This document shows positions 21,641-31,037 of a DNA stretch of 64,000 nt, piece by piece. The notes beneath the pieces were generated by a model. The model did no database searches. It saw nothing but the letters and a program-made list of their open reading frames with translations, and was not told where the DNA came from. This stretch comes from an uncultured delta proteobacterium (GTDB lineage: Bacteria; Myxococcota_A; Polyangia; Fen-1088): NCBI GenBank assembly GCA_963796685.1, contig CAWCMR010000026.1, forward strand, positions 1 through 64,000, given 5' to 3'. Every line of letters starts with the position of its first letter. Position 1 is the stretch's first letter. The position numbers and the translations under genes are program-made.

Positions 21641-22152
21641 CGGTGACGTGCAGGGGAGCCGGGTCGCGGCGCCGTCGTGATGCTGCTGGAAGAACACCAG
21701 GGGTGGCCACGTTTTCCATCTCCACCGATGGTCAGGTCGACCAGGCTTCGGCGCCGACGCTGCAGCACTTTCTGCGCTGCCGGCGCACCAAGCGCGAGCG
21801 GCCGATTGCGTCCGGCGTGCTGGCGATGTTGGTCTCGGTCGCGCAGCACTGGCCGGGACGGGAAATCGACATCGTGTCCGCCTTCCGCGCCCCGCCGTTC
21901 GGCGCGCCGCACTCGAAGCACTTCACCGGCCACGCCATCGATCTGCGCGTCGAAGGGGTGAAGACTTCGAGGTTGCGCGACTTCATCTGGCGCGAGCATC
22001 ACGATGTAGGTGTCGGCTACTACCTGAACGAGGACTTCGTGCACATGGATTGGCGGCCGGGCGAAGGCGACATGGCCTGGTCGTCGGACAGCGAAGGTGA
22101 TAGCCCCGACTCATAGGTAGGATCTTAATTCCTCAATGAAATCGATCACTTA

Positions 22153-22168
22153 CTGAACGGATGTTCAA
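22153..22168. promoter_or_regulatory. LexA-like box upstream of the transposase
   Basis: CTGAAC-GGAT-GTTCAA near-palindrome. Confidence 0.4.
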
Positions 22169-22237
22169 GGTAGTTGCAGAAGACACAGGAATCCTCCTAC
22201 ACATTCGTTTGCGAAGACAAACGCGAGGAGGTTCCCT

Positions 22238-23554
22238 GTGCCCAAGAGAGACATTGCCACAATCGAGGCGGAGACACTCAGCCAAAAGCTACAGCAGGTT
22301 CTCAGCGATGCCGAGGTGGAGAAGGTGGCTCGCCGGTGTGGCTTTCTTCGACGGCGCCGTGAAATCGCCCCGGCCGCGCTTCTTATAGCCTGCATCTCGG
22401 CATTGGGGGCAGGCACGGCTGCGTGGCTCGCGGACATCCTGCGCGCCTTCAACGCGTTCACCGGCAAGGCTGTTCGCTACAAGCCTTTCCACAACCAACT
22501 GAGCAAACGGCGATTCCCCATCTTCATGCACGCCATTCTCGAACAGGCGCTCGCGAAGCTGACGGCACCTGTGCTTGAGAGTTTGCCCAAGGGCAAGCTG
22601 GCTCAGTTCTCGGAGATCCTGTGCCATGACGGCACCTCGTTTGCGCTCAAAGACACTCTGGCCAGAAAGTGGCCCGGCCGCTTCACGAAGGTGACCCCAG
22701 CGGCAGTGGAGCTCCACGTAACCATGAGCGTCTTGAGGGACAATCCCGTCGCCATTACGCTGGCCCCTGACAAGGAAAGCGAACGCCCATTCGCCCCCAA
22801 AGCGGCGTCTCTCAAAAATCGCCTGGTCCTCGAGGACCGTGGATTCGAGGATCGCGTTGTCTTTGCAGACACTCTCGACGCCGGAGGATTCTTCATCGTT
22901 CGCGGCAAAAAGAACAGCCGACCAATCATCCGAAGTGCTCGCGACAAGAATGGCAGGCGTATCCCTCGTCTCGAGGGCAAGCGACTCAAGTGGCGTGTAC
23001 TGCCTCGTCATACGGTCGACCTAGAAATCGAGTGGAAGATCAACGCCCGCAGGACCTACTGTGGTCGTCTCGTTGCCATCTACATCGAAGGAAAACGCAA
23101 CAAGAAGGGCTACACCTATCTGCACACGAATCTGTCGAGAGCGACCTTCACCGCTCACGAAGTAGGCAGAGTCTACAGACTCAGATGGCAGATTGAGCTC
23201 CTCTTCAAGGAATGGAAGTCCTACGCAAATCTCCACAAATTCGACACGGCCAAGTCACCCATCGCCGAGGGCCTGATCTGGGCAAGCCTGCTTGCCGCGA
23301 CCATCAAACGAGCGCTCACCCACGCCGCAGAACACGCATGCGGTATTCCACTGTCCACCCAGCGCGCAGCCTGCTCTGCCAAGCATTTCCTCGACGCGAT
23401 CCTGCTATCCATCCTCGAATCTGCCGCGCAGCTCCTGTCGCATATCCGTTCTGCCTTCACTTTCCTCGCGGAAAACGCACCTCGTGCGCATCCCAAACGC
23501 GATCAGGGAATGGGGCGCCTTGCGATGGGATTACGCCATTCCGCCACCGCTTAA
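22238..23554 (+). CDS. IS4-family DDE transposase
   Basis: HDGT, DRGF and YRLRWQIELLFKEWK (YREK motif); stop codon lies inside the right TIR. Confidence 0.93.
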   Translation: MPKRDIATIEAETLSQKLQQVLSDAEVEKVARRCGFLRRRREIAPAALLIACISALGAGTAAWLADILRAFNAFTGKAVRYKPFHNQLSKRRFPIFMHAILEQALAKLTAPVLESLPKGKLAQFSEILCHDGTSFALKDTLARKWPGRFTKVTPAAVELHVTMSVLRDNPVAITLAPDKESERPFAPKAASLKNRLVLEDRGFEDRVVFADTLDAGGFFIVRGKKNSRPIIRSARDKNGRRIPRLEGKRLKWRVLPRHTVDLEIEWKINARRTYCGRLVAIYIEGKRNKKGYTYLHTNLSRATFTAHEVGRVYRLRWQIELLFKEWKSYANLHKFDTAKSPIAEGLIWASLLAATIKRALTHAAEHACGIPLSTQRAACSAKHFLDAILLSILESAAQLLSHIRSAFTFLAENAPRAHPKRDQGMGRLAMGLRHSATA

Positions 23555-23708
23555 GTACCTACCTATGAGCCCCGACTACAATCCGCGCTGGGCGCGGCTG
23601 GCCCGTCGCGCGAGCCAGCATCACGGGTGCAGCGGCCCGTGCTCGTAACACTCTTACCTCCACCAGGGGCGGGTCAGGGGGGATGAAAGGCGGCCCCGGC
23701 CCCCCCGT

Positions 23709-24368
23709 CTATGGGCTCTGCAGCCACGGCACGGCGGGCGTTTCGGTGATGGTGAAGCCGTTGCGTTTGGCCAGGGCCCGACAGAGGGGGCAGAAGTCGC
23801 GCTCGCGATCGGTGGTGGTCACCTTTCCCATGGCGTCCTCCATCAGGCAACCCCGTGTCGGGCAGTGTGGGAGACCGAGGGTGTGTCCGATTTCGTGTAC
23901 CGCCACCTTGGCCAAGCGTTCGACGGCGTGGGCCTGGTTGCGGGCTTTCTTGCGGCAGCGGAACGAGGAAATGACCGTGGCCGTTCCCGGCAGCTCGCCC
24001 AGGCCCATGACGCCCCAGTCGGGGAACGGGTCCTTGGTGGTGGAGATGTCGACTTCGGTGAGGCCCAGGATGCGCCAGCCGTCTTTCGGCATACGCTGGT
24101 TCAAATAGGTGAGCAGCCTCTCGGCGCGGTAGCGCTTGCGCGCAGGATAGTAGGCGGCCTTCGGCAGCTCCTGGCAAGCAAGCACGCGCACGTCGATGGG
24201 ATAGAAGGCGCGCAGGGCCGCGACGACTTCGTCCACTCCTTGTGCCTTGCTCGCGCAACTTCCCAGAGGTTGAACGTACAGCGCCCGGCCGGCCGGAGGG
24301 GCACTCGGCGCCGGGGTTGCCACGCCCGAGCCGAGCGAGAGAACCAGCATGCCGAGAAGGAGTGTCAT
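23709..24368 (-). CDS. Archaemetzincin (peptidase M54) Zn-metalloprotease
   Basis: HEIGHTLGLPHC..GCLM...FCPLC; signal peptide. Confidence 0.88.
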   Translation of the reverse strand: MTLLLGMLVLSLGSGVATPAPSAPPAGRALYVQPLGSCASKAQGVDEVVAALRAFYPIDVRVLACQELPKAAYYPARKRYRAERLLTYLNQRMPKDGWRILGLTEVDISTTKDPFPDWGVMGLGELPGTATVISSFRCRKKARNQAHAVERLAKVAVHEIGHTLGLPHCPTRGCLMEDAMGKVTTTDRERDFCPLCRALAKRNGFTITETPAVPWLQSP

Positions 24369-24458
24369 GGGTAGCGAGAGTGCACGGAGCGTACCGAGAG
24401 CACAGAGTCCCAGGAGGGCGAAAAAGTTCCCAAGAATCCCGGAAACCTGTCTCTTCTC

Positions 24459-24666
24459 CTAATCCCGCGACAAGCGCAGTGACGTCGCGGAAGGCAGCAG
24501 AAGGACACGCCTTTCCACGATAGAGGCTCGCACCCAATCCGAGCGGCGAGTGGTGGTCGTGGCCGTCGTCGTGGACGTTCCCATGGCCGTGGCTGACGAA
24601 GATCGCTCCGGCCACGGCCACGGCCAGGACCACGACCACGACCTCCCGCGGCTATCGCGGGCTTAC
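24459..24666 (+). mobile_element. ~200-bp MITE-like hairpin element, copy 2
   Basis: CTAATCCCGCGA...TATCGCGGGCTTA; loop GACGAAGATCGCTCC. Confidence 0.78.
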
Positions 24667-24786
24667 GGTCTTCCGTCTCCGCGACCGGAGCGTGGTACTA
24701 TTCTCATCAGGTGGTGGGAACGAATCGGGTGGGCCGACGTTGATCCAGTTCGAGAAGATGCTGGAAAGTCTGTAGGGCGTCGACCC

Positions 24787-26829
24787 TCAGCCGCCCCACA
24801 GCGCGCGCAGCTTGGCGCCGACGTCGAAGGTCATGCCGCCGACGTCGGCGCGGCCGTCGTCCATCGTGGTCGAGGGGTCGTGCTCGGTCACGCACGCGAA
24901 GCGGGCAAGGATGGTTTCGGGGATGAAGCGCGTGCGCGGCGCGATGACGTGGCGGTCGCCGTGCCGGTGCTGCTGGCGCACGAAGAAGCGCAGCGGCCGG
25001 ATGAGGTGCAGCCCACTCTTGGCGCGGGTCATGGCCACGTAGAGAAGGCGACGTTCTTCCTCGATTTCCTCGGGCGAACCCGTGGCCATGTCGGATGGAA
25101 TGCAGCCATCGACGACGTTGAGGACGAAGACCGTGTCCCATTCCTGGCCTTTGGCCGAATGGATGGTCGACAGGATCAGGTAGTCCTCGTCGAGCAGGGG
25201 CGGGCCCGCTTCGGCCCCGGTGGCGCTGGGAGGATCCAGGGTCACCTCGGACAGGAAGCGCTCGCGGCTGTCGAAGCCACCGGCGATCTGTTCCAGTTGT
25301 TCGAGATCGCCGGCGCGCGCCTGGGCATCCCCGTGAAGGGCCTCCAACCGCGGCTCGTACCAGCGTCGCACGAGGCCGATTTCGCCCGGCCAGGCCGCGG
25401 ACTGGGTGTGAAGCGAGAGCACGAGATCGCAAAACGGCGGCCACTCGGACTGGGCCGCGCCCGACGGCGCGAAGACGCGCAAGGTCTGCATGTCGAAGGC
25501 GCGGGCCTCGAGCCACTGCCAGACATGCCCCGCGCCCGCCGGACCGACCCCGGCCAAGAGTTGCAGGCTGCGGAAGGCGGCGATGGAATCGCGCGGGTTC
25601 TCCGACCAGCGCAGGATGGCCAGCAAATCCTTGACGTGCGCCGCTTCGAGAAAACGCAGGCCGCCGTACTTGACGAAGGGGATGTTCCGGCGCGCAAGCT
25701 CGACCTCGAGCGCGTCGCTGTGGTGGGCGGCGCGAAAAAGGACGGCCTGGCGTTTGAGGGGAAGGCCTGCTTCACGCTGAGTCAGCACCTGCTCGGCGAC
25801 GTAGCGAACCTGCTCGGCTTCGTCGTGAACCGTCACCAGGCGCGGCCGCTCGCCCATCGTGCGGGTCGAAAAAAAATCCTTGGTAAAGCGCTGCCTGGCC
25901 AGGCCGATGACCGCGTTGCTGGCGTCGAGGATGGGCTGGCTCGACCGGTAGTTCTGCTCCAGGGTGATGACGGCGGCCGGGGGCTGATACTGCTTCGGGA
26001 AGTCGAGGATGTTGCGCACGCTGGCCGCGCGAAAGGAATAGATCGACTGGGCATCGTCGCCCACCACGGTGACGCCGACTCCCGTGGGCTTGAGCTTGAG
26101 CAGGGTTTGGGCCTGCAAGGCGTTGGTGTCCTGATACTCGTCGACGAGAACGTGGTCGAAGCGCGCGCCCACCCGCTCGGCGAGCTGCGGCTCGGACATC
26201 ATCAGCCACCAGTAGAGCAGCAGGTCGTCGTAGTCGAGCACGTGGCGCGCGCGTTTGGCGTCGACGTAGGCGGAGAAGAGCTGGCCCAGCTCCTTCTCCC
26301 ATTCCACACACCAGGGATGCGTTTGCTTGAGGCAGGCGCCGAGCGGCTCTTGCGCGTTGACGGTGCGCGAGTAGATGGCCAGGCAGGTCGCCTTGCGCGG
26401 AAAGCGCTTTTCCGTCTTGGCGAGGCCGAGCTCATGGCGAAGCAGATCGAGCAGGTCGGCCGAGTCCTCGCGGTCGAGCACGGTGAAGGCAGGGTCGAGC
26501 CCGATCGACGACGCGTGTAGGCGCAAGAGCCGGTTGGCCACCGAGTGAAACGTGCCGGCCCAGGTGATGCTGGCGGCGCCGCTCGCCGTTTGGGGCCGTT
26601 TGCCGATGATGAGCTGCGCGCGGCGGATCATCTCGGTCGCCGCCCGTCGGGTGAAGGTCAGCAGGAGCACGCGTCGCGGGTCCGCCCCCTTGGCGATGAT
26701 GGCCGCCACCCGATGAGCGAGGGTAGAGGTCTTTCCCGAGCCCGCCCCCGCGATAATCAGGAGCGGACCGTTCCCGTATTCCACCGCCTCGCGCTGAGCC
26801 GGGTTGAGTTGATCGAGCTGCTTGTCCAC
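24787..26829 (-). CDS. UvrD/Rep/PcrA-family SF1 helicase
   Basis: AGAGSGKT, DEYQD, VGDDAQSIY, NYRS, TIHSAKGQEW and EERRLLYVAMTRAK. Confidence 0.92.
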   Translation of the reverse strand: MDKQLDQLNPAQREAVEYGNGPLLIIAGAGSGKTSTLAHRVAAIIAKGADPRRVLLLTFTRRAATEMIRRAQLIIGKRPQTASGAASITWAGTFHSVANRLLRLHASSIGLDPAFTVLDREDSADLLDLLRHELGLAKTEKRFPRKATCLAIYSRTVNAQEPLGACLKQTHPWCVEWEKELGQLFSAYVDAKRARHVLDYDDLLLYWWLMMSEPQLAERVGARFDHVLVDEYQDTNALQAQTLLKLKPTGVGVTVVGDDAQSIYSFRAASVRNILDFPKQYQPPAAVITLEQNYRSSQPILDASNAVIGLARQRFTKDFFSTRTMGERPRLVTVHDEAEQVRYVAEQVLTQREAGLPLKRQAVLFRAAHHSDALEVELARRNIPFVKYGGLRFLEAAHVKDLLAILRWSENPRDSIAAFRSLQLLAGVGPAGAGHVWQWLEARAFDMQTLRVFAPSGAAQSEWPPFCDLVLSLHTQSAAWPGEIGLVRRWYEPRLEALHGDAQARAGDLEQLEQIAGGFDSRERFLSEVTLDPPSATGAEAGPPLLDEDYLILSTIHSAKGQEWDTVFVLNVVDGCIPSDMATGSPEEIEEERRLLYVAMTRAKSGLHLIRPLRFFVRQQHRHGDRHVIAPRTRFIPETILARFACVTEHDPSTTMDDGRADVGGMTFDVGAKLRALWGG

Positions 26830-26842
26830 TCAAGGCTCAAGA

Positions 26843-26858
26843 CTAGTCAAATGTTCAG
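26843..26858. promoter_or_regulatory. Putative myxobacterial LexA (SOS) box
   Basis: CTAGTCAAATGTTCAG, 13 nt before the helicase start; resembles the M. xanthus CTRHAMRYBYGTTCAGS consensus. Confidence 0.5.
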
Positions 26859-26953
26859 TGCTTGGCAAGGCCCTGACGTCGAGGGTGACAAGTGCCCAAC
26901 GGTCCACGTTCTCGCTCAAGGGGCGAACGGCGAACAATCGTCGGTGATCGTTC

Positions 26954-26980
26954 TTGACTATATGTCACATATGACATAAT
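26954..26980 (+). promoter_or_regulatory. TA promoter with palindromic operator
   Basis: TTGACT...CATAAT overlapping TATGTCA-CATA-TGACATA (26961-26978). Confidence 0.7.
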
Positions 26981-26996
26981 TTGCCCGTGGGCAAGC

Positions 26997-27389
26997 TTGA
27001 AACCGACCGCAACCAAGAAGCTCTCGGCCTCCCGAGGACCGCGCGACAAGCCCCTGGCGTGGCTGCATGGGGAGATCAAAACCCCGCCGCTCTCCGCCGC
27101 CGCACGTGTCGAGGCTGGGGTGTTGTTGCGGCGGCTACAACGAGGCGAGAGCGTGTCGATGCCCGAGTCGCGGCCCATGCCGTCCATCGGCCCGCGCTGC
27201 CACGAGCTTCGGATCGACGATACCGTGACGAAGCGGGAATGCCGGGTCGTCTACTACATCGGCATCTCGGCTATCGCGATCCTCGAGGTCTTCGCCAAGA
27301 CCACCAAAACCACGCCGCAGACGGTGATCTACCAAGCAAAGAAACGTCTTCGCCAGTATCGGACGCTGGTGGAAGGGAGTGATCTATGA
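26997..27389 (+). CDS. RelE/ParE-like (gp49/HigB-type) toxin
   Basis: SRPMPSIGPRCHELRI and VFAKTTKTTP; toxin-first gene order. Confidence 0.8.
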   Translation: MKPTATKKLSASRGPRDKPLAWLHGEIKTPPLSAAARVEAGVLLRRLQRGESVSMPESRPMPSIGPRCHELRIDDTVTKRECRVVYYIGISAIAILEVFAKTTKTTPQTVIYQAKKRLRQYRTLVEGSDL

Positions 27390-27727
27390 AAAGGGAAAAC
27401 AGGAAACGACTTGAGCTAGCAGGCTGGGCGGTAGGCAATGCCAGTGACTTCCTCGGCCTGTCCCGTGAAGAAGAAGCCCTGGTCGAGATCAGGCTGGCTC
27501 TGGGAGATGAGGTGCGTGCCTCCCGCAAGCGAGCCAACTTGACGCAGATGGCTCTGGCGAAGCTCATTGGGTCCAGCCAATCGCGGGTCGCCAAGATCGA
27601 AACCGGTGACACCACGGTGAGTATCGACCTGCAGATGAAGGCGCTTCTCGCCACCGGATCCAAGCCCGGTGCTGTATTCTCAGCGCTTGCGCGTAAACTG
27701 TCGGAACGCTCGCACAAGGCAGCCTGA
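27386..27727 (+). CDS. XRE-family HTH antitoxin (HigA-like)
   Basis: LTQMALAKLIGSSQSRVAKIETG; 4-bp overlap with the toxin. Confidence 0.82.
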   Translation: MKRENRKRLELAGWAVGNASDFLGLSREEEALVEIRLALGDEVRASRKRANLTQMALAKLIGSSQSRVAKIETGDTTVSIDLQMKALLATGSKPGAVFSALARKLSERSHKAA

Positions 27728-27840
27728 GGTTGCGGCTCAGCGTCGAACCGCGACGCCGAGATCGACTCCGGGCTCAAATGCCGAGCTCAAATGCCGAGCG
27801 CAGGTCGTCACTGTAGGATCACCGCTGCCGTTCACCGGTC

Positions 27841-30800
27841 TCAGATCCCATAGCGTGCTCGACATGCGTCGATTCTGCTCACCTCGTCCACCGTAAGGGT
27901 AAACGCACCGTAGTCCTCCTCGACCTTGCCTGCGATGAAGTAGGGGCGCTGGGGGTCGAGCATGTGGCAGAAGCGGCGGTAGGTCTCGGGGAAGAAGGTG
28001 CATTCCATGAGGCCAGTTTCGTCCTCGAAGGTGATGAACTCCATGGGATCGCCTTGCATGGTGGATACCACCTTGCCGGTGACGAGAAAGCCGGCGCAGC
28101 ACACGTGGCGGCCGACGAAGTGCGAAAGATCCTTGGCTTTGACGACTTGGCGAGAATGGATCAGATCGCCACAGAGGCTCATCGGGTGGACGTCGCACAG
28201 AAAGCCAAGCGCATGCATTTCCGCCTGCAAGCGGGCGCGCGGATCGTCGGGTTCCAGGTGACGGGCGTGGCGTTTCTGCCGCGCGGGTGAACAGATCGTG
28301 CGATCTGCGGCCGGCCATGCTCTTGCGCCAGGCGGCGATTTGCCACAGCAGCGCCGCGTGGCTTTCGTTCGGGTGTAGCCCGTCGAAGGCGCGCGCGTGC
28401 ACGAGGACGCGCGCCTCTTCCTCGTCGGGGCGGGCGCGTTCGAGAAAATCCACGACGTCGCGGTACGGCCGCTGGGCCACGATGCGGCCGCGGGTCTCGG
28501 CGCCGAGGTGGTGCAAGGTCAGCCAGCCGACGCGCACGGTGCCGGCCGCGCCCTTCCAGGGAATCTCGCTGTGGTTCACGTCGGGCGGCAGCACGCGCAC
28601 GCCCAGGCGCCGCGTTTCCGAGACATAGGCCGAGGTGGAATAGAAACCGCCTTGGTTGGTGATGACGGCGGCCATGAATTCCGCGGGGAAATGCGTCTTC
28701 AAATAGGCGGCCTGGAAGGACACGCGCGCGTACGAGGCGCTGTGCGGTTTGCAAAAGGAATAGCCGTCGAAGGACAGAATCATTTCCCACACCGCTTCGA
28801 TTTGCTCGGTGGAGACGCCGCGGCTGCGCGCGCCGGCGATGAAACGGCGAAGGTAGTCGGGCAGGCGCTTGGCGCGATCCTTCTTGCTCATCACCTTGCG
28901 CAGACCGTCCGCCTCGACGTGGTCGAAGCCGGCCAGGGCCATGGCTGCCTTGGCCACGTCTTCCTGATAGACCATGATGCCGTAATTGTCGTCGAGCACA
29001 CCCTCGAGCAACGGGTGGATGGGCTGCCAGGCGCCGCCGTGCAAGCGGCGCAGGTATTCGTGGATCCACTTGTTGGCGGCCGGGCGAATGATGCTGCTGT
29101 GGATGACCACGTGCTCGTAGTCGCCGCGACGGGCCTTCTGTTGCAAGAGGCGCGTGGCCGGGCTTTCGATGTAGAAGCAACCCATGGTGGCGCCGGCCGC
29201 GATGCTCGCCTGCGTGGCGGGATCGTCCTCGGGCTCCCAGCGGGATTCGTCGAAGGGGGTGCCGTTTGCCTGCACGTTGGCCACGGCGTCGCGGATCACG
29301 GCCAGGCTGCGATTGCCGAGCAAATCGATTTTGACGAGGCCCGCGCTTTCGGCGCTGTCCTTTTCCCATTGGATGATGGGCACGCCCTTGGGCGCGATTT
29401 CCACCGGCACGTAGCCGTCGATGGGATCGGGGGTGATGACCACGCCGCCCGGGTGCACGGAGATGTGGCGCGGAATTCCGATCAGGCGCTGGGCCAGCTG
29501 CAGGATCTCGGGCCAGGGCTCGGGGAAGTCGAGATCTTTCATCTCGGGCATCTCGCGAAGCCGATCCAATAGTTCGTCATCGTCGCTGCCGAGGTCGCTG
29601 GCGAGCTCGCGCCAGAACCAGGGCAGTCGTTTCGACACCTGCCCGATTTCGGCGTCGGTCAAGCCGAAGACTTTCGCCGTCTCGCGGATAGCCATGCGCG
29701 GTTGGAAGTTGGCGAAGCACGCGACCATGGCGCTGTGGTCGCGAAACTCGTCGAGCACCGAGGCGATGGCGGCATCGCGTTCATCCCAGGCGAAGTCCAC
29801 GTCGATGTCGGGCGGATCCTTGCGCCCCGGATTGAGGAAGCGCTCGAAGTAGAGGTTGAACTTCACCGGACACACATTGGTGATGCCCAGGCTGTAGGCC
29901 ACGATGGAGGCGGCGCCGCTGCCGCGCCCGCAGATGCGCGGCGAGCGCTTGACGATCTCCTCGACCACGAGAAAGTAGGTCGAGAATCCCATGCGCAGGA
30001 TGGTGGCGAGCTCGTGCTCGATGCGGTCGACCACGGTTTCGTGCAGCTCGGCCCCGTAGCGCTTGCGGGCACCCGCGTAGCAGCGCTCGCGCAGGACTTC
30101 GTGGCTTGGCCGTCCTGCATCCTCGCGCCACGGCGGCATCACGAGCCCAAGCTTTGGGCCGGTGAAGGTTAACCGTTCAGCCACCTCGTCGCTGGCGCGC
30201 AAGCGTTTCGGGCCAGATGTCGAAGCGGCGTTCGTAGTGCGCAGGCGGCGCCAGCCAGGCATCGGCGGGCGCGCAAAGCCCGGCTCCGCCATCGCGACTG
30301 GGCTTCAGGCGAGAAAGACTGGTGTTGAGGGCGATGGCGCGCAGAAGCCGATGCACGTCGAGATCGTCGGGAACCAGGAAAAAACTGGAAGGAACCGCCA
30401 CGCGCGGGCACGCCGAGCCGACGGGCCTCGGTGCGCGCCTTGGCCGCGCTTGGCGATGGCCGGCGCGGCAGAGCCGCGGCCACGGTTGACCCCCGCTTCG
30501 TGCAGCGGCGCGAGCAGATCCGCAGCTGGGGACCAAGCACGTAAAGCCCGGTCGCGAGGGCGGGCACGTCGCGCAGTCAGCGTAGAAATCCTTGTTGCAG
30601 TGCCGTCGCGTGATCAGCCGGCACAGATTGCGGTAGCCGTCGTCGTTCTCGACCAGGCAGACCACGCGGCGCCGCGAGCCCGGCTCGCTCACCTCGGCGC
30701 CCACGATGGGCGTGACGTCTTCCTCGCGGCACGCCTGCAGGAAGGGCCACAGCCCATACAAATTGTCGGTGTCGGTGAGCGCAACCCGTCGGTATCCGTG

Positions 30801-30884
30801 CTGCCGCGCCGCCACCGGCAGATGCTCCGGCGCCGACGTCCCCCACATCAAGGAACAGTGCGAGCGAACCACCAGCGGGACCAT
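27841..30884 (-). CDS. dnaE2: Error-prone DNA polymerase III alpha (DnaE2); multiple frameshifts near 28260 and 30170-30600
   Basis: PHP start RSHCSL and ALTDTDNLYG; GRGSGA, PPDIDVDF, HPGG, YSFCKPHS; C-terminal OB fold. Confidence 0.82.
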
Positions 30885-30921
30885 GAGGAGCCACCTCAGC
30901 AGTCGAACGGCCGAAGAAGAA

Positions 30922-31037
30922 AACCACAGAGAACACAGAGGACACAGGAGATCGGACCGGAGGAAGATGGGGTTCGGATCCAGATCCGGAAAACCCCTTT
31001 CTTTCCGGCCTCTGTGTTCTCTGTGTCCTCTGTGGTT
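30922..31037. repeat. ~115-bp CACAGAG palindromic element, copy A
   Basis: AACCACAGAGAACACAGAGGACACAG...CTCTGTGTTCTCTGTGTCCTCTGTGGTT. Confidence 0.8.

Larger units (their letters stand above)
22112..23567 (+). mobile_element. Complete IS4-family insertion sequence (1456 bp)
   Basis: TIRs CATAGGTAGGATCTTAA / TTAAGTACCTACCTATG (15/17 match); 10-bp TSD AGCCCCGACT at 22102-22111 and 23568-23577; visibly lower GC. Confidence 0.95.
21677..23648 (+). pseudogene. YcbK/DUF882 (peptidase M15) gene, N-terminus damaged and 3' end interrupted by IS4
   Basis: SAFR, SKHFTGHAID and GVGYY..FVHMD; the reading frame resumes after the IS as DYNPRWARL...CS*. Confidence 0.75.
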
